Part shown: one piece after another, positions 39,555-47,181 of the stretch | How positions within the stretch are numbered: position 1 is the stretch's first letter | Layout of the letters: every line of letters begins with the position of its first letter | IMG/VR virus record: IMGVR_UViG_3300025383_001098 | Length of the DNA: 64,000 nucleotides | From: a virus | Direction: 5' to 3' (one strand) | Made by a program: the position numbers and the translations under genes | Notes under the pieces: generated by a model | Told to the model about the DNA's origin: nothing | Database searches by the model: none | The model's input: only the letters and a program-made list of their open reading frames with translations

Positions 39555-39625
39555 TGCTACGGCACCATTAAGGCTCATTATTAAGGCACATTTAGGCAAA
39601 ACAAACGCATCGCTAACTAACAGCG
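39553..39625 (+). promoter_or_regulatory. structured 5' leader with four GGC(A/T)(C/A) repeats
   Basis: GATGC/GCATC stem enclosing GGCAC, GGCTC, GGCAC, GGCAA. Confidence 0.5.
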
Positions 39626-39633
39626 AGAGATAG

Positions 39634-39891
39634 ATGGCCACTACTGATATTGAAAAACAGAGTCTTGAGGCACACGTAGAATTATGTGCGGAGAGATATT
39701 CCAACTTGGAAAACAAATTATCCAACCTTGAAACTCGTATGGATAAAATGGAAACCCACCTGGTTGACATTAAAGACAGCTTGTCAAAAAATTCATCTGG
39801 TCAACTTAGAATTATAATCACTATTGGTACTACTATTTTTGGTGTTTTAGTTGCCGGTACTATTACTCTGTTAGCTTCGCATCTCAAATAA
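39634..39891 (+). CDS. coiled-coil plus C-terminal TM protein (XhlA/holin-like architecture)
   Basis: heptads LENKLSNLETRMDKME; C-terminal hydrophobic helix. Confidence 0.6.
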   Translation: MATTDIEKQSLEAHVELCAERYSNLENKLSNLETRMDKMETHLVDIKDSLSKNSSGQLRIIITIGTTIFGVLVAGTITLLASHLK

Positions 39892-39894
39892 TCT

Positions 39895-40101
39895 ATGCGT
39901 ATCGTAGAACTCTTAAATAACATTACACTACCTATTACCAATGAGGAAGCTGAAGTATTGGACATGTTGCAAAACAAGTCAATACTAAAATCTGAATTAG
40001 ACGAGCATCAACAACGTCTTGCTAACAGTTTGGTTAATAAGGACGTATTATTGAGAATTCAAGAAAATGGACGCATCACATATCGAAGAAAAATTCGATA
40101 A
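39895..40101 (+). CDS. hypothetical phage protein
   Basis: 68 aa; MRIVEL start. Confidence 0.65.
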   Translation: MRIVELLNNITLPITNEEAEVLDMLQNKSILKSELDEHQQRLANSLVNKDVLLRIQENGRITYRRKIR

Positions 40102-40600
40102 ACCTACAAAACAAGAATTTAACCAAATAGTTGCGGCCACCACCCAATATATTTCGGCATGGACTCAACGCGAATTTAATCGCATAAGCACAAATAAACA
40201 GGTACCGTTGATATGGCCCTTGCCCCAGGGCGGATATGTAATAGGTAGTAAGCGTATAGTTCCTAACCGAGGCTATTGGCAACTACAAACATACGACCAC
40301 GAATTTATACATGATTTTGATGGCAAGCAAAGTGCTATTTTTTATTGCTTGTGCGATCATATTAAAAATTATCATTTAGCAACAATGATACGCAATGCCG
40401 ACAGCGAAGTTAAGCGTCTTAAAAATGACGTAATACACTATAGCAACAGCTTGGAACGTGCTTTAAAACATAAAGATAGTTTTGGGATAAGTAATTGGAG
40501 TGCCAGATTAGATGATGCAAAACTGCGATTAGATTTTGCTCAAAAAGAATTACAGAAATCTATTAAATCGGCTAAATACTTAAAAGTTTGGGATAATTGA
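40067..40600 (+). CDS. hypothetical phage protein
   Basis: ORF in late block. Confidence 0.7.
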   Translation: MDASHIEEKFDKPTKQEFNQIVAATTQYISAWTQREFNRISTNKQVPLIWPLPQGGYVIGSKRIVPNRGYWQLQTYDHEFIHDFDGKQSAIFYCLCDHIKNYHLATMIRNADSEVKRLKNDVIHYSNSLERALKHKDSFGISNWSARLDDAKLRLDFAQKELQKSIKSAKYLKVWDN

Positions 40601-40603
40601 ACC

Positions 40604-41296
40604 ATGAGATTAACAGAAATCGGCCTACAGCCAAAAGCTAAAAAAATTAACCAAGTAGTTGAAAGTCGCTTCGGCTTTAAAATCGACTACGATAATTTAA
40701 CCTTTCCTAAGGCGTACAAATTAGCTACTGCTATTACAGAAAGTTTAGACAAAGTAAAACGCACACACGGCGTTCATACTGCTGAAAAGAACCCTCAATA
40801 CATGGAAATGTTTATGGTTCGCGAAAGTCTAAATCGTTGGATGGTAGAGAACAGAGATATTCTTATTCGCGAAAGCGAAATGGCTAAAGCAGAAGCTACA
40901 TTAGCTGCTAAAGACATGGTTGACTCAATTCAAGACATGTTAGAAAAAATTGGTAAAATGCAGAATGAACAACTGCCTGCATTATTAGACACAATCCGTG
41001 ACCAAATCGGCGAACAACAAGCTGAAACATTTAAGGGCACAGTTACTCCATTGCTACAAAACTTATGGCAGACTTTAAGTACTGGTCGTGAACAGGCTGA
41101 CGGTGCTGCTCGTGCGTTAACTGGCGAATCTACACCAGACATGGGCATGGGTGGTATGGATGCTGGTATGGGTGCTCCTGCTCCAGACATGTCCCCAGAA
41201 TTGGGTGCCGAAGCTCCTGCTCCAGAGGGCGACGAGTTTGCCGCAACTGATGCTGCTGCAGGTGGCGAAGAAGAATTAGGTAGAGAGCGTCGTTAA
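40604..41296 (+). CDS. putative prohead core/scaffold-type protein
   Basis: MRLTE leader; VVES/ITES/VRES/IRES sites; acidic low-complexity tail ending LGRERR. Confidence 0.55.
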   Translation: MRLTEIGLQPKAKKINQVVESRFGFKIDYDNLTFPKAYKLATAITESLDKVKRTHGVHTAEKNPQYMEMFMVRESLNRWMVENRDILIRESEMAKAEATLAAKDMVDSIQDMLEKIGKMQNEQLPALLDTIRDQIGEQQAETFKGTVTPLLQNLWQTLSTGREQADGAARALTGESTPDMGMGGMDAGMGAPAPDMSPELGAEAPAPEGDEFAATDAAAGGEEELGRERR

Positions 41297-41721
41297 TGAG
41301 ATTTACTGAATTTCGTCGCCGTTTAAATGAGGATGGCGACCTCTCTGATTTTATCGAAGACGATGCCGATCATGCGGCCAATGACGCATTGATTAACACT
41401 CTAAGAGAAATTCAGTATAGTTCAGATCACGCTCAAGTTCCAAAAATTTCAGTTGAAGCATTAATTAATTTAGTTCGTCAACAACCTGGTGCCGAAGCAT
41501 TTAACTTAGATACATTAGTTAATGCACGTAAGAATAATGATACAGTAAAGAACATTGTTACTGACATTAAAGATGACGACCAAGGCACCAAATATGTTTT
41601 CATTAATCCAGCCGAACCTGCAATGACAGGTGGAGTAGGTGGTGAAGGCGAAGTGGGTCAAACACAACCCGAAAAAACGGTTTCCGCAATGGCCAACCGT
41701 GCATTATCCAATCGTAGCTAA
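41296..41721 (+). CDS. acidic putative head-internal protein
   Basis: MRFTEFRRRLNE leader; TAATG coupling. Confidence 0.6.
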   Translation: MRFTEFRRRLNEDGDLSDFIEDDADHAANDALINTLREIQYSSDHAQVPKISVEALINLVRQQPGAEAFNLDTLVNARKNNDTVKNIVTDIKDDDQGTKYVFINPAEPAMTGGVGGEGEVGQTQPEKTVSAMANRALSNRS

Positions 41722-41732
41722 ACTCAAAATCA

Positions 41733-41761
41733 TTGACTTTTCAAAATAAATACTGTATAGT
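41733..41761 (+). promoter_or_regulatory. sigma70-type promoter
   Basis: TTGACT-17 nt-TATAGT. Confidence 0.55.
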
Positions 41762-41828
41762 CAGTATTGTCAACTTTCTGTGTGGGTAAGGCGTTATAAT
41801 AATATAACCCTTAATAAGGAGAAGTAAA

Positions 41829-42140
41829 ATGAAAAAGATCATTGTAGCCGGTTTATTAGCACTATCATTTATTAACATAGCTCACGCTGAACGTTGGGCA
41901 CACGGTGGTGGTCGTTATTACTATCATCCTGGTTATGGTTGGGTGGTACCAGCATTAGTTGGTGGCGCTATCGTATACGAAGCTACTCGTCCTCCGGTTG
42001 TTATCCAACAACAGCCAATTTACATTCAGCAACAAATGCCACCTGCTGCACCTGTGTATCCAGCACCGGCCGGTTATCATTGGGAAGCCATGTTAGACGG
42101 TAATTGTAATTGTTATAAAACAGTATTGATTCCTAATTAA
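41829..42140 (+). CDS. secreted Pro/Gln-rich protein
   Basis: signal peptide ending AHA; GWVVPALVGGAI; PPVVIQQQP; AAGGAG SD. Confidence 0.75.
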   Translation: MKKIIVAGLLALSFINIAHAERWAHGGGRYYYHPGYGWVVPALVGGAIVYEATRPPVVIQQQPIYIQQQMPPAAPVYPAPAGYHWEAMLDGNCNCYKTVLIPN

Positions 42141-42320
42141 ATGAGAAAAATTTGTTTTGTTCTTATGATGATAATTGCCAGCACCGGAATGGCTGCTGGC
42201 CTACAACAGTTGTTTGATAGTTTAAAAAAACCTCCAACTACACAACCCGCTCCGCAACCACCGCAACCACCGCAACCACCTAAACCTCAACAACCGACTA
42301 AAAATGGCCTACAGCGATAA
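42141..42320 (+). CDS. small secreted Pro/Gln-repeat protein (59 aa), absent from ORF track
   Basis: MRKICFVLMMIIASTGMAAG...PQPPQPPQPPKPQQP; CCGCAACCA x3. Confidence 0.6.
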   Translation: MRKICFVLMMIIASTGMAAGLQQLFDSLKKPPTTQPAPQPPQPPQPPKPQQPTKNGLQR

Positions 42321-42684
42321 AGTAATCGATCACTACGAAAATCCACGTAACGTGGGTAAATTAGAAATGGACGACACAGTGGGAACAGGTGTAGTCGGTG
42401 CTCCTGCCTGTGGCGATGTTATGCGCCTACAGATCAAAGTAAATGAACAAGGTATAATCGAAGATGCAAAATTCAAAACATACGGTTGCGGATCAGCAAT
42501 CGCTTCCAGCTCACTGGTCACAGAATGGGTCAAAGGAAAAACTCTTGACGAGGCGGGCAGTATTAAAAACAGCGACATCGCCGAGGAGTTGGCTCTTCCA
42601 CCTGTTAAAATCCATTGCTCAATCCTCGCAGAAGATGCAATAAAGGCGGCTATCAATGATTACCGTAACAAACACAGCAAGTAA
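42304..42684 (+). CDS. iscU: Fe-S cluster scaffold IscU
   Basis: YSDKVIDHYENPRNVG; APACGD; YGCGSAIASSS; LPPVKIHCS. Confidence 0.97.
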   Translation: MAYSDKVIDHYENPRNVGKLEMDDTVGTGVVGAPACGDVMRLQIKVNEQGIIEDAKFKTYGCGSAIASSSLVTEWVKGKTLDEAGSIKNSDIAEELALPPVKIHCSILAEDAIKAAINDYRNKHSK

Positions 42685-42976
42685 AAAAATACAAACTAAT
42701 CTGTCAAAACGTGGCAAGGGCATAGGTATCAAGGTGGGCGTAAGAACTACCGGGTGTAGCGGCCTTGCTTATGTATTAGAATATGTAGATGAAACTTGGG
42801 CAGGCTCCACCAGCTTCCCGCAAGATGGATTTAGCGTTATAGTAGACAACAGAGATTTGCCTATAGTAGACGAAATAGAAATAGACTACGTTAGACAAGG
42901 TTTAAACGAAGGTTTTGAATTTCGTAATCCCAGAGAAAAAGATCGCTGTGGTTGCGGAGAAAGTTTCAGAATTTAA
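42656..42976 (+). CDS. iscA: A-type Fe-S carrier IscA
   Basis: TTGCSGLAY; CGCGESF. Confidence 0.93.
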   Translation: MITVTNTASKKIQTNLSKRGKGIGIKVGVRTTGCSGLAYVLEYVDETWAGSTSFPQDGFSVIVDNRDLPIVDEIEIDYVRQGLNEGFEFRNPREKDRCGCGESFRI

Positions 42977-43608
42977 TGAATCGTAAACTTGTTGTATTTG
43001 GAGATAGTTGGACCTGGGGAACAGGTCTTCAACCCAACGAACCAACATATGGAAAATTGATTGCTGACTATAGAAATATAGAATTTCAAAATTACTCTGT
43101 GCAAGGCACAGCAGCAGAGCACATGGTTCTTCAATTACAAGATTTATTAAGCAATATCGATCCTACGTTTAATTACACAGCTTTATTTTCTTTTACCGTA
43201 CTATCACGTCTGATGTATTATGCTGGCAAACAACCCGATACGGCCTATGTTATGTGGGATGGCACCAAAGACGATGTATCTGCAAGCTATTTTAAAAATA
43301 TACATTCAACTCTATTAGATCATTTTAAATTTTATACAACAGTATTGGCTTTGCAAAGTCTATGTCGACAGTACAAAATACAAGACTATTATGCTCTAAG
43401 TTTTTCAAAGGTCGATTGGGACCTTTTAAATTTTATAGGTGTTGATAGAAGTAAATTTTATAATCAAGGCACCTCAAATTTTTTAGATATCCTGGGATCT
43501 AAATATCCTGGAGATAATAAAATATATTTTGAAGGAACAGATGGCGGACACCCTAACGCACTGGGGCATCAAGTAATAGCTCAACATTTACAAGAGTGGA
43601 TAAATTGA
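42976..43608 (+). CDS. SGNH/GDSL-like protein
   Basis: VFGDSWTWG; GHPNALGH. Confidence 0.65.
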   Translation: MNRKLVVFGDSWTWGTGLQPNEPTYGKLIADYRNIEFQNYSVQGTAAEHMVLQLQDLLSNIDPTFNYTALFSFTVLSRLMYYAGKQPDTAYVMWDGTKDDVSASYFKNIHSTLLDHFKFYTTVLALQSLCRQYKIQDYYALSFSKVDWDLLNFIGVDRSKFYNQGTSNFLDILGSKYPGDNKIYFEGTDGGHPNALGHQVIAQHLQEWIN

Positions 43609-44321
43609 AATTATTTGCCAACGGATGTAGTTTTACCTGGGGCGGTGAACTGTATAAATCGTTATACGACACCAATGGGCAACTGCTTGACTATACGAAC
43701 CCCGATCCTATAAACAAAGAAAGGCTGACTCGAGTTTGGCCTTTTCATTTGGCCGAACGGTTAGGAGCAGACTCGTGTGTTAATCTCAGTATGGGCTGTG
43801 GATCAAATGATCGCATAGTAAGAACAACTATTGATTTTTTTACACAAGAATCTGAGAAAGATTGGACTGCTGTAATACAGTGGGCACATCCACATAGATT
43901 TGAGTACTGGGAAGAAGAAACACAGGCCTGGACGCTTATTATACCGCAATGCGGAACATTAGGTAAGAATGTCAACGGAGATGTTTTTGATCGGGTCAGT
44001 AAGTTTAAAGATCAAGTATACCGCAATTACACAGATTATACCTACGCACAAAAATACTGGACTCAAGTAGTTAGTCTTGCTAATTTTTTTATAGCCAACA
44101 ATATAAAATATTATTTTGTTAATCTAATGCCTAACAGTTATTACAATCTATTAGATTTACATCAACAACAATACCTGGAAAATAAAATAAATTGGATTGG
44201 TCAAGGGCCGAGGCACGATTTGGTTAACATGTTTGACTCCCGCTTTGACACAGCACACCCAACAGAATCGGGGCATAAACAAATAGCCGATTATTTCTAT
44301 CATCAGATAACTCAATGCTAA
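43596..44321 (+). CDS. SGNH/GDSL-like protein
   Basis: ANGCSFTWG; GSNDRI; HPTESGH. Confidence 0.65.
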   Translation: MDKLKLFANGCSFTWGGELYKSLYDTNGQLLDYTNPDPINKERLTRVWPFHLAERLGADSCVNLSMGCGSNDRIVRTTIDFFTQESEKDWTAVIQWAHPHRFEYWEEETQAWTLIIPQCGTLGKNVNGDVFDRVSKFKDQVYRNYTDYTYAQKYWTQVVSLANFFIANNIKYYFVNLMPNSYYNLLDLHQQQYLENKINWIGQGPRHDLVNMFDSRFDTAHPTESGHKQIADYFYHQITQC

Positions 44322-45421
44322 CGGTATTTACAGATAGTCGAGTACTTGATCTACAATGGCTACCTGCAATCAAGTTTAACGAACCTTATACAGTTTGTCA
44401 CAGTCTAACGGACTATATCAATGCCCCCGGTCGCAAAATAGCATTTACAATGTACATGATGGGACAAGATTACCACAGTCCTGTTAACTCGTTTGAAAGT
44501 TTTGTTAATCAACTAAGTCAAAATAGCGAAGCGGTATTTTGTTTTGACAGAGAAATGTCACTGCATTATTTTGATAAGTGGAATCAATGCACAGGAAAAA
44601 ATGTTTATTGGCTAACTCCTGCATTTATTAACGAGCAACATCCAGTAAAAGATCGTGTAATTTTTTGGGGGGATTGGTTTGAAACATCAACTGCTCTCTA
44701 TAAAGCCTTGCCTGATGTTTTGTCTACTGTAGATCCGTATAAAACAAAATCAAAATATTTTGATGCCTTATTAGGATTAAAGAAACCCAACAGAACATTT
44801 GTTTATGAAAATGTAAACAAACATAATTTAACCGATCAAATCATAATGACCTACAATGTTGATCGTAGAGTACAACCCGAGACCGGTCGGTATGATTACA
44901 CTGACGAGTTTTATGCTAAAGATTATTTTATCTGGGAGCCAGGAACCAAAGTTGCTGATCCAATAAAGGAAACAGCAAATTATGTTCAGTATCAAGGTCA
45001 GACTACGAGATTAAGTCAAATTATTCCTGTACAAGTTTATAATGATACGGCCTACAGCATAGTGGCCGAAACAGACTTTAGAAACGAACACAGTTTCTAT
45101 ACAGAAAAAACAGCCAAAGCTCTAATGGCACGTAGACTATTTGTGGCATTCAGCGGTCGTGGATTCTTGAGCAATTTACAATCTTTAGGGTTTAAAACTT
45201 TTGGTGATATAATTGATGAAAGTTACGACAACACGCCGCCGGCAGAGGAACGATGGGCTCAAGCGTTCGAACAAGTTCGGTACTTATGTGGTTGCGATCA
45301 ACAGGAAACTTATGCTAAAATAAAACCCATTGCCGAGCATAATTATAATTTAATAATGAATCAAAATTGGAACCAGCTCGCCGCAGATAAAATTACGAAT
45401 ATAATAAACCATGCTCATTGA
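44315..45421 (+). CDS. hypothetical protein, possible GT-B glycosyltransferase-like
   Basis: SIVAET; YTEKTAK; LGFKTF..IIDESYD. Confidence 0.55.
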   Translation: MLTVFTDSRVLDLQWLPAIKFNEPYTVCHSLTDYINAPGRKIAFTMYMMGQDYHSPVNSFESFVNQLSQNSEAVFCFDREMSLHYFDKWNQCTGKNVYWLTPAFINEQHPVKDRVIFWGDWFETSTALYKALPDVLSTVDPYKTKSKYFDALLGLKKPNRTFVYENVNKHNLTDQIIMTYNVDRRVQPETGRYDYTDEFYAKDYFIWEPGTKVADPIKETANYVQYQGQTTRLSQIIPVQVYNDTAYSIVAETDFRNEHSFYTEKTAKALMARRLFVAFSGRGFLSNLQSLGFKTFGDIIDESYDNTPPAEERWAQAFEQVRYLCGCDQQETYAKIKPIAEHNYNLIMNQNWNQLAADKITNIINHAH

Positions 45422-46121
45422 TCGTTACAATTACAAACCTATTGACCGTACTACCATTAATGGAAAAAGACATTATTGTTTACCCGATGGATCAGCGGTG
45501 CCCAGCGTTACAACAATCTTAGATCGAACAAAACCACAAGAAAAACGCGAAGCACTTGAGCGATGGAAAAAATCTGTAGGAGCCGAACGTGCTCAACAAA
45601 TTACTACAGAAGCCGCTAATCGCGGAACACGTATGCACAGTTACTTAGAACACTATGTTAAAACTGGCGACATGAAAGAACTTCCTACTAACCCATTTGC
45701 ACAGCCGTCGTGGTTTATGGCCGCACAGGTTATCTTAGAAGGATTCGCCAATATCAATGAAGTCTGGGGAGTCGAAGTTCCTGTTTATTATAGTGGGTTA
45801 TATGCCGGTACTACAGACTCTGTGGGAGTGCATTCAGGTAAACCCAGTATCATGGATTATAAGCAAACTAATAAATTAAAAAAACGTGAATATATTGACG
45901 ATTACTTTATACAATTGGCGGCCTATGCACAGGCGCATAATAATATGCACGGAACTGACATCAAAAGAGGGGTAATTCTTATGTGTCAGCAGCCGAAAGA
46001 GCTCAGTCCTGGCGTTTTTGACACCCCTGTTTATCAAGAGTTTATACTTGAAGGCGCAGAATTTGACCACTATAACAACGAGTGGAACAAGAGAGTTGAG
46101 CTATACTATCTCACAAACTAA
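45411..46121 (+). CDS. PD-(D/E)XK exonuclease
   Basis: PSVTTIL; RGTRMH; E...YAGTTD; IMDYK; QLAAY. Confidence 0.85.
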   Translation: MLIDRYNYKPIDRTTINGKRHYCLPDGSAVPSVTTILDRTKPQEKREALERWKKSVGAERAQQITTEAANRGTRMHSYLEHYVKTGDMKELPTNPFAQPSWFMAAQVILEGFANINEVWGVEVPVYYSGLYAGTTDSVGVHSGKPSIMDYKQTNKLKKREYIDDYFIQLAAYAQAHNNMHGTDIKRGVILMCQQPKELSPGVFDTPVYQEFILEGAEFDHYNNEWNKRVELYYLTN

Positions 46122-46151
46122 ATACAGTATACACGTTGGGATCAGTTAAGT

Positions 46152-46712
46152 ATGGCAATAGTACAAATTTCAAGAATTCAGCAAAGACGCGGGCTTAATC
46201 AGGACCTGCCGCAGTTGGCCAGCGCCGAGTTGGCCTGGAGTGTTGATACACGCCAACTTTACATTGGTAATGGTACTTTGGCAGAAGGTGCACCTACTGA
46301 AGGTGTGACTGAAATTTTAACTGAATATTCTATTATTAATTTCACTGATCAGTTTACCAGTGATTTTGCCAATCTTCAGGCCAATGTGGCTACAATTTAC
46401 GCAGAAGTAACAGCCGCAGGTGGTATCAAATCAAACGTAGTTTTAGCAGCCAACACCGCAGGTATATTTTCTACAATCACAGCTAACAATGCCACGGTTA
46501 ACTATACCTTATATCAAGGTACAACACAAAGAACTGGAACTATTAAATTAAGTCGCTTTGCCACCGGATCATCGTTGGCATTTGAAGAAGACTATAACCA
46601 GACAGCAGGAACTGATATATTCTTTACCGCGAACGCTAACACAACACAAGCCAATTTAAATTACACAACAACGTCCCAGACAACAGTAGTATATTCAATT
46701 ACAAACGTATAA
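46152..46712 (+). CDS. virion structural protein with Mtd-like N-terminal module
   Basis: IQQRRG...LASAELAWSVDTRQLYIGNG; CTAAATA upstream. Confidence 0.7.
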   Translation: MAIVQISRIQQRRGLNQDLPQLASAELAWSVDTRQLYIGNGTLAEGAPTEGVTEILTEYSIINFTDQFTSDFANLQANVATIYAEVTAAGGIKSNVVLAANTAGIFSTITANNATVNYTLYQGTTQRTGTIKLSRFATGSSLAFEEDYNQTAGTDIFFTANANTTQANLNYTTTSQTTVVYSITNV

Positions 46713-46723
46713 TATAAAAACAC

Positions 46724-47173
46724 ATGTGGAAACTTGAACCAGACGAGAGGATATCTCGTTGGCGTGACTTTCGAAAATCGCTCGACCAACTCAGTTTAGA
46801 ACAAGCACTCAACGAAGTTGCCAATTTTTGGCAAAGCTGTCCTCACTCACCTTACTATTTGGATCCATTAGACACCAACACCTGGCCCTCTCCTTGGGAG
46901 TTAATTGCCGAAAATTATTATTGTGATCTTGCAAAAGCCTGCGGTATGCTGTATACTATATACTTTACTGAACATGGAAAAGAGTTGGATGCCGAAATAC
47001 GAGTATATTATGATCCCGAAACTCGGTACACCTATAATTTAGCCGTTCTGTCACAGGGAAAATATATGCTTAATTTCATTGATGGCTCGGTCGTAAATAC
47101 TCTATCAATAAATAAAAACTTACAGTTAAAACATAGTTACAGTAGCAAAGATTTAAAATTACAAGAATATTAG
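46724..47173 (+). CDS. hypothetical phage protein
   Basis: WPSPWELI...YC. Confidence 0.7.
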   Translation: MWKLEPDERISRWRDFRKSLDQLSLEQALNEVANFWQSCPHSPYYLDPLDTNTWPSPWELIAENYYCDLAKACGMLYTIYFTEHGKELDAEIRVYYDPETRYTYNLAVLSQGKYMLNFIDGSVVNTLSINKNLQLKHSYSSKDLKLQEY

Positions 47174-47181
47174 AGGGATCG

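Noticed and set aside
45411-46121. Cas4 as part of a CRISPR system
   Set aside because: Lacks the Cas4 cysteine cluster; no array or cas neighbours
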